The position numbers were made by a program, and so were the translations under genes. A stretch of 64,000 nucleotides of DNA, taken from positions 91,487 to 155,486 of the forward strand of contig DATJMX010000002.1 in NCBI GenBank assembly GCA_035508495.1. The letters run 5' to 3'. Origin of the DNA: Candidatus Binataceae bacterium. Lineage in GTDB: Bacteria > Desulfobacterota > Binatia > Binatales > Binataceae. Positions within the stretch are counted from its first letter, which is position 1, and each line of letters opens with the position of its first letter. Shown here one piece after another: positions 20,181 to 29,216 of the stretch. The notes beneath the pieces were generated by a model. It was not told the origin of the DNA, made no database searches, and saw only the letters and a list, made by a program, of their open reading frames with translations.

Positions 20181-21068
20181 CTAACCCGCAGCCGCAGCTT
20201 GCTGCTGCTCGAGCATCTCGACTTCGTCGAAATGCGTGAAATCGATTTCGCGCGAACCGTCGGGAAAAATTGTCAGCACATCGGCGAAGCGCGCGCCCCA
20301 TGCGATGTCCTCGGCGCGGTATGAATGCCGCGCGTGGACCGTCTGCGACAGCGTCTCGTCGAGGCCGACTATCGAGACGACGATCTCGGCATTGCGCATC
20401 GCGAGCGCGTCCATCTCGGCGCCAAGCAGTGGACTCGCCGCGTCTATGGGATGGACCGCGGTCCACGTCAGCGCGAAGAACGCGCTGCGCCTGCGGGTGG
20501 TCTCGAGATCGCGAAACGCACGCACGCGCTCGCCCTCGAGCGTCTTATCGTCCCATGCGAGCAGGACGTGAATCTCCGCTTCGACGATCCGATTGCCGCG
20601 CAAGTTGGCCATGCGGAACATCATCGACTGCACACCGTTGCGCACCGACACGACGGCATTGCGCGAGAATCGTACGCGGGCCGTGGGCCGCGAGAACTTC
20701 GTGAATACGAGGCCGGTCATCATCGCGAGCGCAAGCAATCCGACCAGAGCCTGGATCGACACCAGGATGTTCGACGTGAGCGTGTACGGCTCCATCTTGC
20801 CGTACCCGATCGTCGCCATCGTCTGGACGCTGAAAAAGAACATGTCGGCGTAGGAGCCGGTGTGAACATTCTCGATGCCGCCGTCGAAGTAATAGCCCAG
20901 CGCAAAGAGCGCGTTGACGGCGAAAAAGACCACCGCGATGATCAGCAGGAGCATCGGCCACGACGCGGTCTGCAGGTAGTAGTAGAGGTCAGAGCGCCTT
21001 GGTAGCAGGGCTTTGGTGCTCACAGGACCGACTTCGCCAAGTCCGTATTTGCCTGTCGCGCGGGGCAT
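20181..21068 (-). CDS. Inward-rectifier-type potassium channel (KirBac-like)
   Basis: TIGYG selectivity filter, two TM segments and a cytoplasmic Kir beta-rich domain. The start is uncertain (21068 or 21113; the track gives 21188). Confidence 0.7.
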   Translation of the reverse strand: MPRATGKYGLGEVGPVSTKALLPRRSDLYYYLQTASWPMLLLIIAVVFFAVNALFALGYYFDGGIENVHTGSYADMFFFSVQTMATIGYGKMEPYTLTSNILVSIQALVGLLALAMMTGLVFTKFSRPTARVRFSRNAVVSVRNGVQSMMFRMANLRGNRIVEAEIHVLLAWDDKTLEGERVRAFRDLETTRRRSAFFALTWTAVHPIDAASPLLGAEMDALAMRNAEIVVSIVGLDETLSQTVHARHSYRAEDIAWGARFADVLTIFPDGSREIDFTHFDEVEMLEQQQAAAAG

Positions 21069-21235
21069 GCCATGGTGAATATAACGAAGCCGCCGCGATG
21101 CGGCAGCCCTCATCGCGGCGAATTCGTCCGGCTCAGTATCAGTCAAACGCTGCCAACAATGAGCTACTTTAAGTTGACTGGATAACAAGCTAAGCTGGCG
21201 TCGAAGGGAGGCCGGATTCTGCCGCGCGTTCGCGC

Positions 21236-22393
21236 ATGGTTCCGCTTCGCTACAATGTCCGCAGCATCCTCGAGCGCCGCACCACCTCGCTCATGACAGT
21301 GCTCGGCGTCGGTCTCGTCGCGATGATGTTCGTGCTGCTGTTCGGCTTTATCGGCGGCCTCAAGCAGACGCTGATCAACACCGGCGGTCCTCAGAACTGG
21401 ATCGTGATGAGCCGCGGTGTCACCAACGAGAACATGAGCAACGTCACGCACGAGCAGGTCGAGATCCTGCGTGCGCGCCCTGAAGTGCTGACGGCATCGG
21501 GTGTCGGACTCGTCTCGCCTGAAATCGTCGGCGGCGTGAGCATCGGGCGCGACAAGCGCGTCAAGCAATTTGTCACGCTGCGCGGCGTCGATCCGATCGC
21601 CTTCCAGACCCATCGCAATATGAAGCTCGTCGCCGGCCGTTGGCCGATTCGCGGTCAGGGCGAATGGGTAATTGGCAAGGCGGTCGCGGCGCGCGCGCCG
21701 TACATGACGATCGGATCGAAGTTCCATTTCGGCCGCCGCAACTGGACCATCGTCGGCATCTTCTCCGACGCGAACAGCTCGCGCGAATCGGAAGTTTGGA
21801 CTGACTTCAACGATCTCAAGACCGACGCGAAGGCGCGCACGATGGATACCAACGCCGTCCACGTCATCCTCAAACCCGGGATGGAAGACGCGTTCAACGC
21901 GACGCTCAAGAACGACGGGCGCCTCAGCCTGCAGGCGATGACCGAGAAGCAGTACTACGCCTTGCAGGCCAGGCTCGTCGATCAGTTGCAGGCGCTCGGA
22001 CTGATCGTGGTCCTGGCGCTCGCGCTCGGCGCCACCTTCGGCGGCATGAACACGATGTACTCGGCGGTCGCGCGGCGCCAGCGCGAGATCGGCGTGATGC
22101 GCGTGCTCGGCTTCTCGCGCTTCGCGATCCTGCTGAGCTTCGTGCTCGAGAGCGCTTTCATCGCCTTCATCGGTGGATGCGTCGGGCTCATGCTTGCAGT
22201 CGCGCTGGCGCAGACCACGGGACTCGACAATCGCCTGCTGAGCGTGGGCTCGACCTTCTTCACTTATCGGCTCGATGCGGCGGCAGTTACGTCGGCGATC
22301 ATCGTCGCGACGATCATCGGCGTGGCCGGCGGCCTGATGCCGGCGTGGCGCGCCTCGCGCGTGCGCATCATCGAGTCGCTCAGGGAGGCATGA
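21236..22393 (+). CDS. FtsX-family ABC transporter permease (MacB/LolC-like topology: TM1, periplasmic domain, 3 TM)
   Basis: N-terminal TM, ~230-aa extracytoplasmic domain, C-terminal FtsX-like TM bundle (GVMRVLGFSRFAILLSFVLES). Confidence 0.7.
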   Translation: MVPLRYNVRSILERRTTSLMTVLGVGLVAMMFVLLFGFIGGLKQTLINTGGPQNWIVMSRGVTNENMSNVTHEQVEILRARPEVLTASGVGLVSPEIVGGVSIGRDKRVKQFVTLRGVDPIAFQTHRNMKLVAGRWPIRGQGEWVIGKAVAARAPYMTIGSKFHFGRRNWTIVGIFSDANSSRESEVWTDFNDLKTDAKARTMDTNAVHVILKPGMEDAFNATLKNDGRLSLQAMTEKQYYALQARLVDQLQALGLIVVLALALGATFGGMNTMYSAVARRQREIGVMRVLGFSRFAILLSFVLESAFIAFIGGCVGLMLAVALAQTTGLDNRLLSVGSTFFTYRLDAAAVTSAIIVATIIGVAGGLMPAWRASRVRIIESLREA

Positions 22394-23562
22394 CCATGGC
22401 GTACAAACTATTCGTCATCGTCATCCGGCATATGCGGCGTCAGCTGCGCCGCACGATCCTGACCGGGCTCACCTTCGCGGTCGCAATTCTGATCTACACG
22501 GTGCTATCCGCAATACCGGCTTCGATGGATCGCATTGCTGAAGGCGCGTCGAAGGGCTTGAGACTCATCGTCACGGCGCCCAACGCCTACAAGTTGCCGG
22601 CGCGCTACTGCGATCCAATTCGCAAGATGCCGCACGTGCTGGGCTGCGCCGCCGAAATTATCTGGGGCGCAACCTACCGCGATCCGAAAGACATGATTTT
22701 GGCCTACGGCACCACGGCCGATTTATTCACGGTCATGGCCGACAGCGACTATCATCCGCCGCCCGACGTGCTGAAGAGCATGTTCGCCGACCGCCGCTCC
22801 GTTTCGGTCGGCAGCGTGCTGATGGAAGAGCACGGATGGAAACTCGGCGAACCGATCACGCTGAAGAACATCAGCGGCAAAATCACGCTGACCTTCATCC
22901 CGCGCGTCGAGTTCCCGCCCAGTGACTACCTGTCGCGTGCCTTCTTCTTCGACCGGCGGCTCCTCGACGAAGCGGTCAAGAATACCTACGGCGCCGATAT
23001 CGCCGACCGCGCCAACTTCATCTCGGTGCGGGTCGATCGCGCCGAGAACATGGCGCTCGTCGCTGACGGCATCGACGAGCGCTTCCGCAACTCCGATGCC
23101 GAGACCGAAACAACCACGGAGTCCGACACCGTGGCGAATTACGTGACCGCGATCGGCGACTTGCGCACGATAGTCGCGGGCCTCTGCATCGTCGTCCTTG
23201 TGACGGTGTTGCTAATCGCCGCCAACTCGATGGCGATGATGGTGCGCGATCGAATCGGCGAGGTCGCGGTGATGCGCGCGCTGGGCTTCTCGCGCCTCGA
23301 CGTAGCCGCGGTGCTGCTGGTCGAAGCGATGCTGATCGGTCTCATCGGCGCATCAGTCGGCGCAGGCCTCGCGATCGTTTTCTTCGGCCACGGCTTCACC
23401 CTCGGCGCCCTGACCGGCTCGCTCGGCTACATAGCAGTAAGCTGGCCCGTCGCAATCTACGCAGTAGCGATCGCAACACTGGTCGGCATCGCGAGCGCGC
23501 TGCTGCCAGTAATCAACGCCGCCCGCATCCCACCCGCGCTCGCATTCAGGAAGGTCGTCTGA
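22390..23562 (+). CDS. FtsX-family ABC transporter permease, second copy
   Basis: Same architecture (VMRALGFSRLDVAAVLLVEAM). Start at ATG 22390 with a GGGAGG RBS, overlapping the upstream stop. The track 5' extension to 22177 overlaps the previous gene. Confidence 0.7.
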   Translation: MTMAYKLFVIVIRHMRRQLRRTILTGLTFAVAILIYTVLSAIPASMDRIAEGASKGLRLIVTAPNAYKLPARYCDPIRKMPHVLGCAAEIIWGATYRDPKDMILAYGTTADLFTVMADSDYHPPPDVLKSMFADRRSVSVGSVLMEEHGWKLGEPITLKNISGKITLTFIPRVEFPPSDYLSRAFFFDRRLLDEAVKNTYGADIADRANFISVRVDRAENMALVADGIDERFRNSDAETETTTESDTVANYVTAIGDLRTIVAGLCIVVLVTVLLIAANSMAMMVRDRIGEVAVMRALGFSRLDVAAVLLVEAMLIGLIGASVGAGLAIVFFGHGFTLGALTGSLGYIAVSWPVAIYAVAIATLVGIASALLPVINAARIPPALAFRKVV

Positions 23563-23671
23563 TCAGCGATCCCTTCCAGTGATACAAAGGAAAGCGCATC
23601 GCGCACTAACTGGTACCGGCACCTCCGCTGCCTAACAGCGCGCGAAGCGCTTTCCTCAGGTTGTCCGATCA

Positions 23672-25342
23672 TCACGCGAGTTCCTCGTCGATCATTTCGT
23701 GGTTGGCACCGCCCGGGGGGACCATCGGATATACGTTTTCCTCTGCCGCGATCGGAACGTTGATCAGGCACGGGCCGGGCTGTGTCAGCGCATTCTCCAG
23801 CGTTTGCAGTTGATACTCAGTCGCGCCGAGGTCGCAGGCCGGGACGCCGAAGCCGCGCGCCAGCGCAACGAAATCGGGCGTCACATGAAACTTCGACGCA
23901 CTGTAGCGGCGGCCGTAAAACAGATGCTGCTGCTGGCGCACCAGGCCCAGGTTGCCGTTGTTGAACAGCACCACCTTGACGTTCACGCGCTCCTCGGCCG
24001 CGGTCGCCAGCTCCTGGATATTCATCAGCAGGCTGCCGTCGCCGCTGAAGCAAACGACTGCGCGCTCGGGCTCGGCGAGTGCCGCGCCGATCGCGGCCGG
24101 CAGACCAAAGCCCATCGTGCCGAGGCCTCCCGAGGTCAGCCATTGGCGCGGCGCCGTGAATGGATACGCCTGCGCCGCCCACATCTGATGCTGCCCGACA
24201 TCGGTCGTGACGATCGCATCGTCAGGCACCAGCGCCGCGGTGTGACGGACGATGCCGTACGGACGCAGCGGGTCGTCCGCCCCCGGCATCGCCAGCGGAT
24301 TGCGCGCGCGCAACTCCGCCATCCTCGCGATCCACTTTGCGCGGCGCGCCGGCTTGATCAGCGGCTCGATCGCTTCCAGCGCGCGGCCCACGTCGGCGAC
24401 GATTCCGAGCGCCGGATGCTTTATCTTGCCCAGCTCGCCCGGGTCGATATCGATATGAACGATCTTGGCGTGGCGGCAAAACTCGGCGGCCTTGCCGGTT
24501 GCGCGATCGTCGAAGCGGATGCCGAGGCCGACCAGCAGATCGCATTCGCCGAGCAGCATGTTCGTGTAGCGCGCCGCGTGCATCCCGACCATGCCGAGAA
24601 ACAGCGGATGGTCGTGCGGAACGGCGCCGAGGCCGTGTAGCGTCGAGGCCATCGGAATTGACGACTTGTCAGCGACACGCCGCAGCACCTGCGAGGCGCC
24701 CGACACGATGATACCGCCGCCAATCAGGAACACCGGGTGCTCCGCTTCGTTGATCATCTGAGCGGCGCACGCGATCGCATCCGAGTCGATACGCCCGTGT
24801 GCGTCGGCGCTGCCTGGCTCAGGATAAGAATCGAACTCGACGCTCTCGGTCTGGACGTCTTTTGGCACATCGATCACGACCGGCCCGGGCCGCCCCGACG
24901 ATGCGATACGGAATGCCTCCGGTATCACCTCGAGCAGCTCGGCCGCGTCGCGCACGAGGAAGCTGTGCTTGGTTATCGGCAACGTCATGCCGAGCATGTC
25001 GACTTCCTGGAAGGCGTCGGTGCCGATGAGCGCGCGCGGCACCTGCCCCGTGATCGCGACGATCGGAATCGAGTCGAGCTTAGCATCGGCGATTGCGGTG
25101 ACGAGGTTGGTCGCGCCCGGGCCCGACGTGCCGAGGCATACCGCCGGCTTGCCGGTCGCGCGCGCGAGGCCATGGGCGATAAAGCCGGCGCCCTGCTCGT
25201 GACGCGCGAGCACGTGGCGAATCGGGCTCGAATGCATCGCGTCGTAGAGCGGCAGATTCGCGCCGCCGGGAATTCCCGCGACGACCGCGATCCCCTGCCG
25301 TTCGAGCAGCTTGACGATGATTTGCGCGCCGGTGGCCTTCAT
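23672..25342 (-). CDS. ilvB: Acetolactate synthase large subunit (TPP-dependent)
   Basis: TPP-enzyme N-terminal, central and C-terminal modules. GDGS...NN TPP-binding motif (CFSGDGSLLMNIQEL...VLFNNGNLG). Confidence 0.85.
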   Translation of the reverse strand: MKATGAQIIVKLLERQGIAVVAGIPGGANLPLYDAMHSSPIRHVLARHEQGAGFIAHGLARATGKPAVCLGTSGPGATNLVTAIADAKLDSIPIVAITGQVPRALIGTDAFQEVDMLGMTLPITKHSFLVRDAAELLEVIPEAFRIASSGRPGPVVIDVPKDVQTESVEFDSYPEPGSADAHGRIDSDAIACAAQMINEAEHPVFLIGGGIIVSGASQVLRRVADKSSIPMASTLHGLGAVPHDHPLFLGMVGMHAARYTNMLLGECDLLVGLGIRFDDRATGKAAEFCRHAKIVHIDIDPGELGKIKHPALGIVADVGRALEAIEPLIKPARRAKWIARMAELRARNPLAMPGADDPLRPYGIVRHTAALVPDDAIVTTDVGQHQMWAAQAYPFTAPRQWLTSGGLGTMGFGLPAAIGAALAEPERAVVCFSGDGSLLMNIQELATAAEERVNVKVVLFNNGNLGLVRQQQHLFYGRRYSASKFHVTPDFVALARGFGVPACDLGATEYQLQTLENALTQPGPCLINVPIAAEENVYPMVPPGGANHEMIDEELA

Positions 25343-25392
25343 AGGAGCGTCCTTTCGGATTCTCCTGCCGGGTCGAAGGAGGCGGGGCCAGA

Positions 25393-25429
25393 AACGAAAA
25401 ACCCCCGCCGGCTTCGCGCCGACAGGGGT
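25393..25429 (-). terminator. GC-rich hairpin followed by a U-tract on the minus strand, 40 nt upstream of the ilvB start; possible attenuator or terminator
   Basis: The minus strand reads CCAAACCCCTGTCGGCGCGAAGCCGGCGGGGG-TTTTTCGTTTCT. I found no leader peptide. Confidence 0.3.
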
Positions 25430-25792
25430 TTGGAGTTACCTCTTCATCCCCGCTACGGCGCGACAGCCTCGAGTACTACTACGAGCGTAATAAGCGTGGA
25501 CGTAAGGAGTCCCGCGGAGAAAGAAGCGTCGCGCTCGATTGCGGAAAACATTGAGGTACTTGATCTAGCCGTTCGCAGGCTCCGGGGCAAGACGCGGATT
25601 TGAGCGGCCCTCAAGCCGCTTTCGGTTCGGCGTCGGCGAGTCTTTGCCGTTCGCGCTTTTGCATTGCCCGGCGCTTCAACCAGAATCCCACCAGAAGGTT
25701 TTCCTGGCCTGCCTTACGAGAATCGGCTCTTCTTGGTCGGCCATGGCGCCGAACCTGCCCCCGCGTCCACTGAGCGTCAACTAAGCCTAGCC

Positions 25793-27271
25793 TCAGTTCC
25801 GAAGCACTCCCGCTAACCTGCGGATGCCTTCGTTGATTTCCTTTTCTGTCAGCGAGGCGTAGCCGAGGACGAGGCCGGCGTGCTTTGGCGGGCGGGCGTA
25901 GAATGGGCTTGCGTCGTAGACGCCGACACCGGAAGCGCGCGCCTCTGAGCGGATTTCGTCGACTCGTTTCGGCGGGATATCGCGCAGCCACATCAGGACG
26001 TGCAGCCCCGCGTCGCCGCCTGATACTTTGGCGCGGTCGCCGATATGTTTGGCGATCGCCTCGAGTATCGCCGCGCGCCGCGATGCGTTGCGGGCGCGCG
26101 AGCGGCGCAGATGCCGCTCGAAATGTCCTTCGCGGATGAAATCGAGCAGCGCGAGCTGCGGAAGCATCGGGCTGCCAGTGTCGAGAAGTCCCTTAAGCGC
26201 GCGGAACGGCTGCACGAGTGCGTAGGGAACCGCGAGATAGCCCATGCGCAACGCAGGGAACATCAACTTTGAGAATGTCGCCGCGTAGATCACGCATCCG
26301 CGCTCGTCAAGCGCCTGCAACGCCTCGATGGGCCGGCCGGAATAACGAAACTCGCTGTCGTAATCGTCCTCGAAGATGAACGCGCCGACCTCGCGCGCCC
26401 ACGCAAGCAGCTCGAGGCGCCGCCCGAGCGGCATCGTGACACCGGTCGGGAACTGATGCGACGGCGTGACGATCACAAGCCGCGCGCGGCGATGCTTCTC
26501 GGCGAGTTCTTCGACCTTGAGCCCGTGCTCATCGACGCGGACGCTGGCGATATTGGCGCCCGCCGCGCGGGATACCGCCCACGCCCCGCGATAGTGCGGC
26601 TCTTCGACGACGACGCGATTACCCGGATCGATGAGTGCGCGCCCGGCGATATCGAGCGCCTGCTGCGAGCCGTTGACGATGACTATCTGATCGGGATCGC
26701 AGTTCACTGCGCGCGCGCGATGAATGTATTCGACGATCGCCTCGCGTAGCTCCGGGATTCCCTCGGGCGGCCCATAATCGAGATCGCGAACGGACGCATG
26801 ACGGGCGCGCCGTGCCACGATTCGGCACCACGTGGTATGCGGGAAGTCCACGAACGACGGCCGCCCGTAGCGGAAGTCGTAGGGCAGCGGCGGGCGTTCT
26901 GAGTTCCACCGCAGCCGCCGATCCGACGATTCCTTGAGCGCCCGGCGGCCGTAGGCAGAAAGGCGCGCCGGCGCGATCTGATCGCTCGCGCGCGGCGGCG
27001 GCTTGCCGTCGCCGACATTCGTCATATCCTCGGGCAACTCCGACGCGACGAACGTGCCAGCGCCGTGGCGCGAGGTCAGGTAGCCCTCGGCGAGGAGCTG
27101 CTCATAAGCGAGGATCGCGATATTGCGCGAGACTCCGATCTCGGCCGCGAGCGTGCGCGTCGCAGGCACGCGGAGTCCCGGCCTCAGACGGCCGCTTAGG
27201 ATTTCCGCGCGTAGCGCGCGATAGACCCGCGAATAAAGCGGGCCGTTCATTCTATCGATTCTCAACAGCAT
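25793..27271 (-). CDS. MocR/GabR-family regulator (GntR HTH + class I aminotransferase-like domain)
   Basis: An N-terminal GntR HTH (LYSRVYRALRAEILSGRL...TRTLAAEIGVSRN) followed by a fold-type I PLP domain (...AATFSKLMFPALRMGY). Confidence 0.8.
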   Translation of the reverse strand: MLLRIDRMNGPLYSRVYRALRAEILSGRLRPGLRVPATRTLAAEIGVSRNIAILAYEQLLAEGYLTSRHGAGTFVASELPEDMTNVGDGKPPPRASDQIAPARLSAYGRRALKESSDRRLRWNSERPPLPYDFRYGRPSFVDFPHTTWCRIVARRARHASVRDLDYGPPEGIPELREAIVEYIHRARAVNCDPDQIVIVNGSQQALDIAGRALIDPGNRVVVEEPHYRGAWAVSRAAGANIASVRVDEHGLKVEELAEKHRRARLVIVTPSHQFPTGVTMPLGRRLELLAWAREVGAFIFEDDYDSEFRYSGRPIEALQALDERGCVIYAATFSKLMFPALRMGYLAVPYALVQPFRALKGLLDTGSPMLPQLALLDFIREGHFERHLRRSRARNASRRAAILEAIAKHIGDRAKVSGGDAGLHVLMWLRDIPPKRVDEIRSEARASGVGVYDASPFYARPPKHAGLVLGYASLTEKEINEGIRRLAGVLRN

Positions 27272-27433
27272 CGCAGTTGCGTCGGGTAGCCGAGTCGATT
27301 AGGTGTCGAACAAACGCCTTTCATTTCGTTGCGGCGAGCGGCCGCGTATCCTCATTAACGTGGATCCACAAAACAATCACAAACCGGATCTTTCACAAGA
27401 CCTGCGTCTGTGCAAACGAGCGAGGCCACGATC

Positions 27434-28069
27434 ATGATGAAGCTCTGTTATTTTCCCGGCGCGTGTTCCCTGGCATCGCATATGGTGCTGGAAGAAGCGG
27501 GCGCGCAGTTCGAGCTGATGCTAATCGATTTCACCAAGAGCGAGCAGCGCACGCCCGACTATCTCAAGATCAATCCCAATGGCCGCGTGCCGGCGCTGAT
27601 TCTCGACGACGGCCGCGCGATTTTCGAGAACATTGGGATCATGACGTATGTCGCGCGCACCGTGCCGGGCGGCGCGAAGCTCATCCCGTCGGATCCGTTC
27701 GAAGCGGCGCGATGCTATTCGCTGGCGTCCTTCTTCGCGAGCAGTGTGCACGTGGCGTGGGCGCATAACGCTCGCCCCGAGCGCTACACCGCCGACGCCG
27801 CGGCTCATCCGGCGATGCGCGAGACGGCGCGCAAGTCGTTCTGGAACTATCTGCAGATGATCGATGGATGGCTCGCAGGCCGCGAATGGCTGCTCAGCGA
27901 GTTTTCGGTATGCGATCCGTACGCGCTGGTTTTCTATAGCTGGGGAATGCGCGGCGAACTGCCGGTGCGCGACCTTGCGAACTATACTGCGCACAAGGAT
28001 CGCCTGCTCAAGCGCCCCGCAGTGCGCAAGGCGCTCGACCGCGAGGGCAACGTACTGGTCAAAGCGTGA
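27434..28069 (+). CDS. Glutathione S-transferase
   Basis: MKLCYFPGACSLASHMVLEE (GST N-terminus) and a C-terminal helical domain. Confidence 0.75.
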   Translation: MMKLCYFPGACSLASHMVLEEAGAQFELMLIDFTKSEQRTPDYLKINPNGRVPALILDDGRAIFENIGIMTYVARTVPGGAKLIPSDPFEAARCYSLASFFASSVHVAWAHNARPERYTADAAAHPAMRETARKSFWNYLQMIDGWLAGREWLLSEFSVCDPYALVFYSWGMRGELPVRDLANYTAHKDRLLKRPAVRKALDREGNVLVKA

Positions 28070-28102
28070 CGGTTGGCGAATTGATCTGAGGCGGAGGCCA
28101 CG

Positions 28103-28978
28103 ATGGCGACAGTAGGCAAAGTTGCGGAGATTTGGCGCTACCCATTCAAGTCGATGGGCGGGCAGAAGATCGATCGCGTCGCGATCGGTCCTAATGGCCT
28201 GGTCGGCGATCGTGGATGGGCGCTCCGCGACGAAGCTGCCGGCGAGATTCGCGGCGCCAAGAAGCTGCCCGCGCTGATGCAGTGCCAGGCGAAGTACCTG
28301 GCCGAGCCCGGCGAAGGTGTCATTCCGCACGTCGAGATCACACTGCCATCGGGAGAGCGCGTGAAGACCAGCGACGCCGGCATCGCGGCGAAGCTTTCTG
28401 CGTTCCTGGGACGTGCTGTCACGCCGTGGCCGTTACAGCCGCCCTCGGCCCTCGATCACTATCGCCACGGCCAGCCCGACAATCCCGACATAATGGTGGA
28501 GCTGCGCGAGATCTTCGGGCGCACTGCCGATGAGCCGCTGCCCGATCTGGAGCCGTTCGTCAAAATCGGGTTGATCGAATTCACGTCGCCGCTCGGAACC
28601 TACTTCGACGCCTTCCCGCTGCATCTGGTAACGACCGCCACTTTGAAGCATCTCGGCGGATTCAACTCCAACGCCCGATTCGATGTGCGGCGCTTCCGCC
28701 CGAATATCCTGATCGAGCTCGATAACGCGCCCGACGATTTCGTCGAGGCGCAATGGAGCGGCAAGCATCTTCGAATCGGCGCCGCGCTGATCGACGTGGT
28801 CGGTCCCTGTCCGCGATGCGTAATGACGACGCTGCCGCAGGAAGGCCTCGCCAAAGATCCCTCGGTGCTGCGCACGATCGTAAAGGACGCGGCGCAGAAC
28901 GTCGGCATCTATGCATCGCCTGCGAGCAGCGTTGCGCTCGCGACGGTCGCAGTAGGCGATCGCGTCGAGTTGAACTGA
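28103..28978 (+). CDS. MOSC domain-containing protein (with MOSC N-terminal beta-barrel)
   Basis: IWRYPFKSMGGQ start and a conserved Cys in ...GPCPRCVMTT. Confidence 0.7.
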   Translation: MATVGKVAEIWRYPFKSMGGQKIDRVAIGPNGLVGDRGWALRDEAAGEIRGAKKLPALMQCQAKYLAEPGEGVIPHVEITLPSGERVKTSDAGIAAKLSAFLGRAVTPWPLQPPSALDHYRHGQPDNPDIMVELREIFGRTADEPLPDLEPFVKIGLIEFTSPLGTYFDAFPLHLVTTATLKHLGGFNSNARFDVRRFRPNILIELDNAPDDFVEAQWSGKHLRIGAALIDVVGPCPRCVMTTLPQEGLAKDPSVLRTIVKDAAQNVGIYASPASSVALATVAVGDRVELN

Positions 28979-29216
28979 CTCTATCGCGTCAACAGGTTGG
29001 CATTCGTCGAGCGCGTCGAGCGGCGAGAAGATAATTCGCGCCGTGAAAGTTTTACGGGCTCGATGTTCGCGTCCGGGTTCGGTTCTGCCTGCTCTTAACG
29101 GCCGAATCGAGTTGATCCCACTTCTATGCTCAGAATATCATTGCCGACGCCCTGAATAGCCGATATCAACACTCGCGCGTGCAAATCCACCAATCGGCAG
29201 GAGGGCTCTAGCGCAC

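Noticed and set aside
23457-23771. Minus ORF 23457..23771 bridging the FtsX-2 end and the ilvB end
   Set aside because: It overlaps the 3' ends of two well-supported convergent genes and has an Arg-rich composition.
24737-25603. Plus-strand ORF whose C-terminus contains a Thr/Ser/Val-rich stretch (ASSTTTSVISVDV) reminiscent of ilv/thr leader peptides
   Set aside because: It is on the strand opposite to ilvB and mostly antisense to it. The composition is typical of antisense high-GC artefacts.
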